45,692 bases of DNA from Gemmatimonadota bacterium. Lineage in GTDB: Bacteria > Gemmatimonadota > Gemmatimonadetes > Palauibacterales > Palauibacteraceae. The notes under the pieces are model-generated. The model made no database searches and was not told the origin of the DNA. It saw nothing but the letters and a program-made list of their open reading frames with translations. The translations under genes were made by a program, and so were the position numbers. Shown here in pieces: positions 1-8,284 of the stretch. Every line of letters begins with the position of its first letter. Positions within the stretch are counted from its first letter, which is position 1. The stretch lies in NCBI GenBank assembly GCA_046758745.1, contig JBHIAV010000020.1, positions 1 through 45,692 on the forward strand, in the 5' to 3' direction.

Positions 1-54
1 CGCGGGCCTCGGGCTTCGGACCGCGAGGCTGGATCGGCTCGCTGTCCGGCGGGG

Positions 55-1164
55 TCACGCGGACTCCGCTGCCAGGAGGAGGGCGATCGCCACGGCGGGC
101 GCCGCCCGGCTTCCATCCTCTCCGAGCTCCCCCGCGAGGTCGACGGTCTCCAGTCCGGCTCGAGCCGCCGCGGCGCGCGCCAGGAAGGCCCCGAGCCCCG
201 CCGTCACCGCTATCCGGGGTTCCGGGCTTCGGAGCCTCGCGCGCAGCTGCCGCACAGCCAGCGCGATGTCGCGCTCCTGCCGCCGCGCCAGGTACGCGGC
301 GATCGAGATCAGCTCCTCCATGGTGAGCTGCGAGAGGTCTGCGCACACCATGCGGGCGAGCCGCGCCGCCGCCTCGGAGCGCGTCTTCCCGCGGCCGTCC
401 GGGGTGGCGCCCGCGTACTCGTCGGGAGCGAGGCGGCCGAGCAGCAGGTGGACATCGCCGGACTGGGCGAACCGCTCCGCCGCCAGGCGGCAGGGTGCGG
501 CGCGCAACGGAACGCAGCGCGCCACTGCGCACAGCGGGGTGCGCACGGCTCCGGTGTACACGAGCTCGCCGGCCCTCAGCCGCTCGAGGTCCGTGCGGCC
601 GAGGGACACGACCCTCCCGCCCACGATCGGCACGATGTCCGTCGTGGTCGTGCCGACATCGATCAGGAAGGCGTCGGGCCAGCGCTTGGCGACGAGACGG
701 GCGGCGGCCGCCCAGTTCGCGGAGGCGACCCGTAGGGGAGCGCTCGCGGCCGCCCCCGGCGAGCAGAAGGTACCGTCGGAGGTGAGGACGCGGAGGCGCG
801 CGCCGGGGCACGCGGCGGCGATCGCGCGCAGGACGAAGGCGACCCCCTCGCCCTTCGTGCGAAAACAGTCCGCGAGCTCGGCGGTGAGCGTCACCCCTAC
901 GAGGTCCGGCGTCCCGAGCTCCTCGTCCGACCCGGGCTGCTCCGTGGCGAGCTCGGTCGCCATCGCGCTCAGGAGATTCGGCAGACCGGCCGGATTCTCC
1001 CACAGCGCATACGGCCGGCTGCGGACCCGGAAATCGGCTGCGTCGGCGATCACCGCTTTGATGTTGGCCCCGCCGACATCCCATCCCAGCACGCGCCGAC
1101 CGGACCGTGCGGGCTCGAGTCCGCAGGGGCGGCTCCGCCGGACCCCTCGCCCCCGCCTCGTCAC
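55..1164 (-). CDS. mfnF: H4MPT-linked C1 pathway hydantoinase-like protein (Orf9 / MfnF-like methanofuran synthase)
   Basis: Motifs LGWDVGGANIKA, VTLTAELADCF, IDVGTTTTDIVPI, ELVYTG, APAVAIALL. GTG at 1164 overlaps the upstream stop (GTGA); alternative GTG at 1092. Confidence 0.85.
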   Translation of the reverse strand: MTRRGRGVRRSRPCGLEPARSGRRVLGWDVGGANIKAVIADAADFRVRSRPYALWENPAGLPNLLSAMATELATEQPGSDEELGTPDLVGVTLTAELADCFRTKGEGVAFVLRAIAAACPGARLRVLTSDGTFCSPGAAASAPLRVASANWAAAARLVAKRWPDAFLIDVGTTTTDIVPIVGGRVVSLGRTDLERLRAGELVYTGAVRTPLCAVARCVPLRAAPCRLAAERFAQSGDVHLLLGRLAPDEYAGATPDGRGKTRSEAAARLARMVCADLSQLTMEELISIAAYLARRQERDIALAVRQLRARLRSPEPRIAVTAGLGAFLARAAAARAGLETVDLAGELGEDGSRAAPAVAIALLLAAESA

Positions 1165-2162
1165 AGCGATGCCACTCGTCCGTTCGCCCGGAAGCAAACG
1201 GCGCGCCGAATCGTCGGGGACCGCCGGACGAGCCGTCCCTCTGCCGCGGCGAGGATGAGGCCGGCCAGGTTGCGGTCCACCGCCGCGCGGAGCCCGATGT
1301 AGGCGGTGGTGAGCCTGGGGTTCAGCTCGATGACCACGGGTCCCCTCGCCGAGAGGACGAGATCGACGCCGACGTAGCCACGCAGTCCCGGCACCAGCTC
1401 GCATGTGCGGCAGGCGGCCCGGAGGGCTCCCCTGCGTTGCGGGTGCTCGAGCGGGCTCCGGCCTCCCAGGTAAGCGAAGGGCCGGCCCGCGACCACGGTC
1501 TGACCGTTGAGGCCGAGGGCTCGGGCCCGCCCCTCCGCGCACAGGACCGATGCGCTGGCCGGAACGCCGGGGACGTATTCCTGCACGATCGGTGGGCTGC
1601 CCACGGCCGCGGCCGCCGCGAGCGCGTCGGCGAGGCCGGACCGATCCCTCACCAGAGTGACACCGCTGCAGCCGGCCCCGGTGTTCGGCTTGACGACCAG
1701 CGGGAAGCCGGCTTCCCGCACGGCAGACTCCGTGTCTCCCCCCGGCCAGGTGCGCGGCAACAGCAGCCCCGCCTCCTCCAGCCGCCGGCAGAGGGCTAGC
1801 TTGTCGCTGGCGGCCCGGATGGCGGTGGGGCCGGGGCCCACCACCATCGCGCCGAGGCGCTCCGCGAGCGCTGCGAGTTCGGCCAGACGGCCGCCGGACT
1901 CGGGGGCTATGAGCCATACGCTGCCCGCCGCGCGCGCCACCTCGGCGAAGATCTCCCTGAAGCCGCCCGGTGGCACCGCGACGGCCTCCACGCCGGCGGG
2001 GAGATCCGCGCGGATGCGTGGGTCCACCGTCGTGAGGAGGTGCCTGTCGGAGAGCTGTACGAGGTCCGCCAGCAGGGCGCGCCGCATGGCGAGCCCCTGA
2101 GCGGCCAGCCCGGCAGGCGGCAGCTCGTCGGCGAAGCCGCCCCCGCTCACGAACTCCAGCAC
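1161..2162 (-). CDS. ATP-grasp ligase, MfnD-like (tyramine/tyrosine--glutamate ligase family)
   Basis: EFVSGGG N-terminus, LIAPESGG, VVKPNTGAGCSG, GYVGVDLV, IELNPRLTT ATP-grasp motifs. Start uncertain (in-frame GTG at 2162). Confidence 0.75.
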   Translation of the reverse strand: MLEFVSGGGFADELPPAGLAAQGLAMRRALLADLVQLSDRHLLTTVDPRIRADLPAGVEAVAVPPGGFREIFAEVARAAGSVWLIAPESGGRLAELAALAERLGAMVVGPGPTAIRAASDKLALCRRLEEAGLLLPRTWPGGDTESAVREAGFPLVVKPNTGAGCSGVTLVRDRSGLADALAAAAAVGSPPIVQEYVPGVPASASVLCAEGRARALGLNGQTVVAGRPFAYLGGRSPLEHPQRRGALRAACRTCELVPGLRGYVGVDLVLSARGPVVIELNPRLTTAYIGLRAAVDRNLAGLILAAAEGRLVRRSPTIRRAVCFRANGRVASL

Positions 2163-2225
2163 GTAGAGGGCGGAGCTGGGGGCCGCGCCTCGCGGTCGCC
2201 GCGCATGCGGAAGGGGGTCGCGCCC

Positions 2226-3008
2226 GTGGAGGTGATAGCCGTCCTCGATGTTCGGGGAGGAGAGGCGGTCCACGCCCGGCGGGGGGAGCGCCAGCTCTAC
2301 CGTCCCGTGTCGAGCGTCCTGACGCCGGGAGCGGACCCGGTCGCGCTGGCGCGCGCCTTCGTCGACCGGCTCGGCCTGTGGGGTTGCTACCTCGCCGACC
2401 TGGGGGCGATCGGCGGGGCGCTCCCGGATCTGGGGCTCATCCGTCGCCTCGCCGCAGCGCTTCCCGGGACCTCGCCTGGTACGTCCGGCGGCGCTGTCCG
2501 GCCTTCGTGCGGCGGCGGACTGTGGGTCGACGCGGGGGTGCGTGACGGAGAGGGCGCTCGCCGTCTGCTCGAGGCGGGCGCCACACGAGCCGTGGTCGGA
2601 TTGGAAACCCTTCCCGGACGGGACGCCCTCTTCTCCATAGCCTCCGCGGCGCCCCCCGATCGTCTCGCGTTCAGCCTCGACCTGCGGGCCGGCCACCCCG
2701 TCGCTACGGCTCCCGCCTTCCAGGCCGCGTCGCCGGCCGCCGTGATGGCGGCCGTTGCGGAGGCCGGATATGGTGCGGTGATTCTGTTGGACCTCGCCCG
2801 CGTGGGCACGGCGACCGGACCTCCCTTCGCGCTCATCGACGAGCTGCGCGGCGGCTTCCCGGACGTGCTGCTGCTGGTCGGCGGGGGCGTGCGGCATGCG
2901 GATGACCTCCGCAGGCTGGCGGATGCCGGATGTGCCGGAGCGCTCGTCGCCACGGCCCTCCACGACGGAACAATCAGCCGGGCGGACGTGGAAGCCGTCG
3001 CCGGCTGA
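2226..3008 (+). CDS. HisA/HisF-like TIM-barrel protein (Orf17, methylofuran biosynthesis)
   Basis: VIAVLDVRGGEAVHARRGER, YLADLGAI, WVDAG, LLDLARVG, VGGGVR, ATALHDG; H4MPT cluster context. GTG 2226 follows AAGGGG; alternative ATG 2205. Confidence 0.8.
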   Translation: MEVIAVLDVRGGEAVHARRGERQLYRPVSSVLTPGADPVALARAFVDRLGLWGCYLADLGAIGGALPDLGLIRRLAAALPGTSPGTSGGAVRPSCGGGLWVDAGVRDGEGARRLLEAGATRAVVGLETLPGRDALFSIASAAPPDRLAFSLDLRAGHPVATAPAFQAASPAAVMAAVAEAGYGAVILLDLARVGTATGPPFALIDELRGGFPDVLLLVGGGVRHADDLRRLADAGCAGALVATALHDGTISRADVEAVAG

Positions 3009-3055
3009 GGATCGGCTCGCCAGGGTCGGCCGGAGGCGCCGTCACGACCGCCCTC

Positions 3056-3541
3056 TCACTCGAGGGATTCCCGGTAGATGGCCGACTGGCCAAACGACTC
3101 CTCGATCTCGACGGAGATCCCGCTCAGCCGGCCGACTCCCCGCTTTCCGAGCGCGTCGCGCAGCCGTTCGGCGAGATAGCGGGCGATCATCTCGGCCGTC
3201 GTGTTGGGCACGGGCAGGAAAACCACGTCCTGGCGGGGGAAGACGTAGAGGCGGTCCCGGTACCGCACCCTCACCCCTCCATCCTCCTCCGTGATGGTGA
3301 GGGCCGGATTCTCGGTGGGCAGCAGCATCTTGTGGTCGAGCTCCCCCACGATCTCCCTCATCATCCTTTTCAGATCCACGAAGTCGAGGACGAAGTGGTT
3401 CTCGTCGATGTCTCCCTCCACGCTCACCGACGCGCGGTAGTTGTGGCCATGGAGCGACTCGCACTTCCCGTCGTACGTGATGAAGTGTCCGGCCGGGAAG
3501 ACGAGATAGTCCTTGGACACCCGGACTTCGAATCGACTCAT
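3056..3541 (-). CDS. queD: 6-pyruvoyl-tetrahydropterin synthase family (QueD/PTPS, CExxHGH type)
   Basis: GHFITY...CESLHGHNY, VLDF, LDHKMLLP, NTTAEMIA. ATG overlaps the citG-like stop (ATGA). Confidence 0.85.
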   Translation of the reverse strand: MSRFEVRVSKDYLVFPAGHFITYDGKCESLHGHNYRASVSVEGDIDENHFVLDFVDLKRMMREIVGELDHKMLLPTENPALTITEEDGGVRVRYRDRLYVFPRQDVVFLPVPNTTAEMIARYLAERLRDALGKRGVGRLSGISVEIEESFGQSAIYRESLE

Positions 3542-4428
3542 AGAGGTCCGCTCTCCTCCCACAGAACCACGAAGAGGCCGGCCGCGATCAGATCGGCGGT
3601 CGTCCCCGGGTTCCGCGCGTGGCCTTCTCGGCGGAGCTCGCGGTCGAGAGCGGCGACGAGCGCGCGCCCCTCTTCCGTGAGGATCCCGCCCCGTTCCACG
3701 GCAGCGCGAGCAGCCCGGCTCACCTCCTCCGCTTCCGCTCGCCCGAACTTTCGCGCGATGAGCGTGTCCGGGATGTCGGCGAGCACCCTCAGGTACGCCT
3801 GCACGACCGCGTCGGGCCACCCCAGTCCTGTGCACCGCGCCTCCCGGAGGGCCGGAGCGCAGCGCTCGAAGGTGATCTCGAAGTCACTGACGTATTCGGA
3901 CGCGATCGAGTCGCGGTCCGCCGCGAGCGCCATCGCCTCCCGAAGGGAGATCGTCGGAGTGCCGCGGATGTCCTGCTCCGCCACGGTGTCCAGCCCTCCA
4001 GGGGCGGCCGCTCGGATCGCGTGATACGCTTCCACCGCATCGTCCACATTGAGACGCCTCAACAGCTGCCGCAAGCTGTCGCGAAGCGGCTTCCGGCCGC
4101 CGGCCGCCGCCTTCGCCAGCGGCGCGAGCAGCAGGATGATGCCGAGGTTGGTATTCGCGGAGACCCACCTTCGGACCGCGTCGTGCGCCGCCCGAATGGT
4201 GGCGCCGACGCCTCTCTCGCCTGCCTCCGCCATGGCGGGTCCGATCGCTGCGGCGCTCGCCAGGTAGTGCTCGAAGCGGGCGTCCGGGAACCCCGCGGCC
4301 TGCGTCACGTTTCCGGGCTTCGGAGCGGAAGCTTCGAGCAGGCAGGCGATCTGCGCCACCACCCCTACTTCCGGCAGCCTCGCCGGGGGCCGCGCCGCCG
4401 GGGGCCGGGTCGCCGGGGACCGCGTCAT
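3538..4428 (-). CDS. CitG-like triphosphoribosyl-dephospho-CoA synthase family (Orf7)
   Basis: LEASAPKPGNV, NTNLGIILL, PDTLIARK, NPGTTADL; coupled to orf5 and queD. Confidence 0.85.
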   Translation of the reverse strand: MTRSPATRPPAARPPARLPEVGVVAQIACLLEASAPKPGNVTQAAGFPDARFEHYLASAAAIGPAMAEAGERGVGATIRAAHDAVRRWVSANTNLGIILLLAPLAKAAAGGRKPLRDSLRQLLRRLNVDDAVEAYHAIRAAAPGGLDTVAEQDIRGTPTISLREAMALAADRDSIASEYVSDFEITFERCAPALREARCTGLGWPDAVVQAYLRVLADIPDTLIARKFGRAEAEEVSRAARAAVERGGILTEEGRALVAALDRELRREGHARNPGTTADLIAAGLFVVLWEESGPL

Positions 4429-5339
4429 GCACCGAGCGGGAGCGTCCCCTCGGCCGGCCGACGCCCCTCGGTCCCAATCCGGTCGAGCACGCGCTCGGCG
4501 ACCGCTCCCGCGATATCCACCCCCGTCACGGCCTGGAGCCCTTTCCAGCCGGGGATTCCGTTCACCTCGAGCACGTATGCCTCGCCCGATGCTGCCGGGA
4601 GAAGATCAACCCCGGCGTAGTCCGCTCCCACCAGGTCGGCGGCGCGCACGGCCGCTTCCGTCCAAGAGTCGAGGAGATCGACCGGCTCGACGGCCCCGCC
4701 CCGGGCGACGTTGGTTCGCCAATCGGCCGCCCGCCGTGCGGCCGCCGCGACGACGCGCCCTCCGACGACGAAGGCCCTCAGGTCTCGCCCTCCGTGCGGG
4801 ATGGTGCGCTGCACGTAATACACCGCGCCCTCGATCTCGAGAGCCCGGAAGACCCGGTACGCCACGTCCTCGTGCTCGATTCGCACCATGCCGAGCCCGT
4901 TCGATCCGAAGAGCGGCTTCACGATGACGTCGCCGAAGGCGCGGAAGGCGGCCATCGCGTCCTCCAGCGTCTCCGCGACGACCGTGGGCGGCGTGGGGAT
5001 GCCGGCGTCCTCGAGCAGGGTCGACGTATAGAACTTGTCGACCGTCTTCTCGATCGCGCCGGCTGTGTTCACCACCGGCACCCCGAGCCGCGACAGGCGA
5101 TGGAGCGCGTCCACCCGAAAGATCGTCCGATCCAGCGAGGCGCGGGGGATGATGCGCACCAGCACGGCCATCAGGTCATCCAGTGCGGTTCCCCCGGCGC
5201 TGAGGCGCGGCGCGCTCCCCACACGGCCCACCAGAGCGTCGATCGGAAGCAGCTTCGACTCCACCCCCCGCTCGCGCAGAGCTCGGGCGAGCTCATCGGT
5301 GTGCCACCCGCCCGACGCGGCCAGGATACCGACCTTCAT
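4425..5339 (-). CDS. RimK-family glutamate ligase (Orf5/MyfB, methylofuran polyglutamylation)
   Basis: VDKFYTS, IVKPLFGSNG, DLRAFVVG, WRTNVARG, GVDLL, EVNGIPGW. ATG 5339 after GAGGAG; alternative GTG 5408 overlapping the mch stop. Confidence 0.85.
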   Translation of the reverse strand: MKVGILAASGGWHTDELARALRERGVESKLLPIDALVGRVGSAPRLSAGGTALDDLMAVLVRIIPRASLDRTIFRVDALHRLSRLGVPVVNTAGAIEKTVDKFYTSTLLEDAGIPTPPTVVAETLEDAMAAFRAFGDVIVKPLFGSNGLGMVRIEHEDVAYRVFRALEIEGAVYYVQRTIPHGGRDLRAFVVGGRVVAAAARRAADWRTNVARGGAVEPVDLLDSWTEAAVRAADLVGADYAGVDLLPAASGEAYVLEVNGIPGWKGLQAVTGVDIAGAVAERVLDRIGTEGRRPAEGTLPLGA

Positions 5340-5404
5340 TTGCCCTCGCTCCTCACCCGTCTCGCTCCTCCTCCGCCGGGGCGGACTGGGCCATCCGTGC
5401 TCGC

Positions 5405-6358
5405 TCACGTCAGGAGAGAGGCACGCAGCACGGCCGGGTTCACCTCTCCGGCGCGGAAGGTACGCCCGCTCGCCACGTTGGTCAGCGCCACCTCGGCGGG
5501 GCTGAACAGGTGCGGATCGATGCGGTAGAAGTCGCCATCGTAGCGCTTGAAGATCTCGTAGAAGGGAGTCCCGTAGTCGGAGGAGGCGGAGGACGGGATG
5601 CGGGAGACGATCTCCGCCAAGGCCTCGTCGCTCGTGCGGACCGTGAAGTGGGCGCGTCCCCCGTACAGGACGCAGTCGTTCGTTCGTCCGATCGCTCGCA
5701 GGTCATCCTTCGCGACGGGCGCGAGGGGCGCGGTGCCCAGTCCGCTGAGCACCGCTCCGATGTCGAACTCCAGCTCCAGCATCTTGTGCAGGGCCGTCTC
5801 GAGCACCCGTGCCGAGATCTGTACCCCGCCGGCCAGGCTCGCCGTGGGCGCGACGAGGAGGAAGAGCCCGTCGGGCGAAACGCCGGCACGCTCCGATACG
5901 TACGCCGCCACCTTTGCGTCCGGGAGCTGGCGCGTCTCCAGCACCAGCACCCCCCTCTTCGCCCTCTCCTCGTACCCCAGGGTCCCGAACAGCTGCTTCT
6001 CCACCCTGGCTGCGGCGCGGAGCGGGCCGGATCCCATGGCGAAGTAGCCCTCCGGATCGATCTTCCAGCCGGCGTACTGCGACGCCATGCAGCTCACCGC
6101 CGGATGGTCCGTGGAGACGATGACGCCCGGGAGCCAGTAGTCTCCGAAGTCGACGGTGGTGAACGCGATCTCGCCCAGGCCGCCCATGCACGCCTCGGCC
6201 AGCCTCCTGCCCGCGGCGAGGCCGCCCGGCGCTCGGACCCCGGCGTCGATGACCCGGGTGCCTCCCCCCAGCGACTCGACCTGAAGGCCAAGCGCCGTGG
6301 CATCCGCAATCATGCCATCCGCGATGCGGGCCGCCCGCTCGTTCAGCCCGAGGTCCAT
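5405..6358 (-). CDS. mch: methenyl-tetrahydromethanopterin cyclohydrolase
   Basis: ACMGGLG, CMASQYAGW, FAMGSGP, QISARVLETALHK, GRTNDCVLYGG, FYRIDPHLFSPA. Confidence 0.95.
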   Translation of the reverse strand: MDLGLNERAARIADGMIADATALGLQVESLGGGTRVIDAGVRAPGGLAAGRRLAEACMGGLGEIAFTTVDFGDYWLPGVIVSTDHPAVSCMASQYAGWKIDPEGYFAMGSGPLRAAARVEKQLFGTLGYEERAKRGVLVLETRQLPDAKVAAYVSERAGVSPDGLFLLVAPTASLAGGVQISARVLETALHKMLELEFDIGAVLSGLGTAPLAPVAKDDLRAIGRTNDCVLYGGRAHFTVRTSDEALAEIVSRIPSSASSDYGTPFYEIFKRYDGDFYRIDPHLFSPAEVALTNVASGRTFRAGEVNPAVLRASLLT

Positions 6359-7242
6359 TCCAGGATCTCCCGCAGATGGAGCAGGTGCTGCCCGAGCTTC
6401 CCACCGTAGTTCCCGGCGGTGATCGCCCTGACCCCCGGACGGCAGGCGGCCGGGATCCCCGCCCGCATCGCCGCCCTCACCTGCTCGAGGCCCATGCCGT
6501 CGATCACGATCTCGAGCACCGAGTTCACCCCTTCCGGGAGCGCGCTCTCCACGAGCGCCCGCAAGGTCGGGCAGTACGCGTCGTTGGTCGTGGCCTTGAG
6601 GGAGTAATGGCGCGATCCCACCTTGCTCCCGCTCCTGACGATCCCCCCTGGGAAGGGGAGGATGACTTCGGGCAGTCTCTCCATCGCCTCCACCGCGGCC
6701 TCGCCCGCCTCGAGGCCCGCGTCGGCGTCCTCGGCGAGGATCAAGAAGTTGCCCCCGCCCACCGCCTCGCGCACGCCGAAGGTCTCCTCGACCAGGAACT
6801 CCCCCTCCATCACGGGGATCCGCCAGTACCGGCGGCCGTCGATGACCTTGCTGATCTGGAACCGATCCCCGAAGTACCGGAGCTGGCCACCCACGTCGAT
6901 GCGTTCCTCCTCTCCGGGAAGCCCGTCATAGCAGGCGGTCGTCGGGCACGTGAGGACGCACTGGCCGACGCGCTCCACGGCGCGCTTCTCGACGCCTTCG
7001 CGGTCGAACGCGAAGAGAAGGACGCTGACGCCCGGACGGCCGTCGGGGGACTCGGCCGCAGAGAGCTGCCGTTCGATCCCCGCCTCGCACTTGCAGCCGA
7101 TCACCGACGTGGCGAAGCCGGTGAGCTTGAGCGCCGCCTCCCGCGCCCAGCGCGCGTTGCGGGCCGTGATCACGAGGCGGGCCGCGCGCATGGTGAATGC
7201 CTCCGCGAAGGTATCCTCGATCAGGACGCCGCGGATCCGCAT
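6343..7242 (-). CDS. fhcD: formylmethanofuran--H4MPT N-formyltransferase (Ftr/FhcD)
   Basis: IEDTFAEAF, GFATSVIGCKCEAGIE, RVGQCVLTCPTT, FPGGIVRSGSKVGS, TAGNYGGKLG. Confidence 0.95.
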   Translation of the reverse strand: MRIRGVLIEDTFAEAFTMRAARLVITARNARWAREAALKLTGFATSVIGCKCEAGIERQLSAAESPDGRPGVSVLLFAFDREGVEKRAVERVGQCVLTCPTTACYDGLPGEEERIDVGGQLRYFGDRFQISKVIDGRRYWRIPVMEGEFLVEETFGVREAVGGGNFLILAEDADAGLEAGEAAVEAMERLPEVILPFPGGIVRSGSKVGSRHYSLKATTNDAYCPTLRALVESALPEGVNSVLEIVIDGMGLEQVRAAMRAGIPAACRPGVRAITAGNYGGKLGQHLLHLREILEWTSG

Positions 7243-7244
7243 GC

Positions 7245-7340
7245 TCAGCCGAGTCCCTGCGGGACGCCGGGCACGACGCCGATAGGCTGGTCGTCGACCG
7301 TCGGGGAACTGGCGTCCGTGGCTGTTGATGACGCTGTCAT
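7245..7340 (-). CDS. putative 31-aa small ORF upstream of fhcD
   Basis: ATG at 7340 preceded by TAGGA; MTASSTATDASSPTVDDQPIGVVPGVPQGLG; stop ends 2 nt before the fhcD ATG. No recognisable homology. Confidence 0.25.
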   Translation of the reverse strand: MTASSTATDASSPTVDDQPIGVVPGVPQGLG

Positions 7341-7392
7341 GGAGGTCCTACCAGCCAATCTGGAACACGTGAGAGTGGTGCCGCGCGCGCGA

Positions 7393-7442
7393 TCGGGGTA
7401 AGCTCAGCCGCGCGCCGCCGGGGTGAGCTCAACCTCGCGCCG
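7393..7442. repeat. 25-bp imperfect tandem duplication of the fwdC 3' end
   Basis: TCGGGGTAAGCTCAGCCGCGCGCCG (7393-7417) versus CCGGGGTGAGCTCAACCTCGCGCCG (7418-7442), 21/25 identical. Confidence 0.8.
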
Positions 7443-8259
7443 TGGTCTCCGCCGGATCAAGAAACAGCACCTCGCCGCGATTCAGCTCGACCACGTCGCC
7501 GCACCAACGCTGGTAGAGCCCGTTCACCTGTGCCTCGGCGATGGACAGACCCAACCGGCGAAGGTAGGGAAGATACAGGCGCAGGAATACCGGACGGTAG
7601 GTACAGGCGTGGCTGAAGGTGGGCAGTAGCTCCGCGGGATGCATTGACACGATCGAGCCCCGCTTCATCCCTGCGCCGGCGCGCCAGCCCAGATGCCCCA
7701 GCACGACAAGGGTGCCGGCGAGCATGTTCACCCCCGCGAAATCGCCGCAGTTCCCGCCAACCGCGATCAACCCGCGGCGCATGCCGCCCCCGACTTCGTT
7801 TCCCGCGTTCCCGAAGATGACGATCTCGCCGCCTCGGATGCCACTCGGACTACCACGAAGAGCACTTCCGATCATGTGGCCAGCGTTCCCTTTCACCACG
7901 ATCCGTCCACCTGACATCTCCGGGCCTACCCAGTCGCCGGCGTCGCCTTCGACGATGATCACTCCGCCCGTCATGCCTGCCCCCACATGCATGCCCACCG
8001 GGCCGTGCACCACGATGCGGCCTTCGGCCATGTTCGCACCGATCTGTTTCACGTTGGAAAGGTCGCCAGTGAGATGGATCTCGCCGTCTCCCGCTCCCGC
8101 GACGCGGAAGAACTCACCGAGTTCGGCGTGTTGGTTGCCGTGCACGACGGTGAGCTTCGCTACCTCGGCTGGGGAAAGACCGGCGAGCCTGCCCGGACTC
8201 AGGACATCCGCTTCGAGCGGCACCGCCGGTGGAGTATGCATTGTGAGCTCGAGGCTCAT
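7429..8259 (-). CDS. fwdC: formylmethanofuran dehydrogenase subunit C
   Basis: GxxMxxG beta-helix repeats (GAGMTGG, GGGMRRG, GVNMLAG, GAGMKRG), LLPTF. Confidence 0.92.
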   Translation of the reverse strand: MSLELTMHTPPAVPLEADVLSPGRLAGLSPAEVAKLTVVHGNQHAELGEFFRVAGAGDGEIHLTGDLSNVKQIGANMAEGRIVVHGPVGMHVGAGMTGGVIIVEGDAGDWVGPEMSGGRIVVKGNAGHMIGSALRGSPSGIRGGEIVIFGNAGNEVGGGMRRGLIAVGGNCGDFAGVNMLAGTLVVLGHLGWRAGAGMKRGSIVSMHPAELLPTFSHACTYRPVFLRLYLPYLRRLGLSIAEAQVNGLYQRWCGDVVELNRGEVLFLDPAETTARG

Positions 8260-8284
8260 GAACGCCTCTGCGCTCTGGGGCGCC

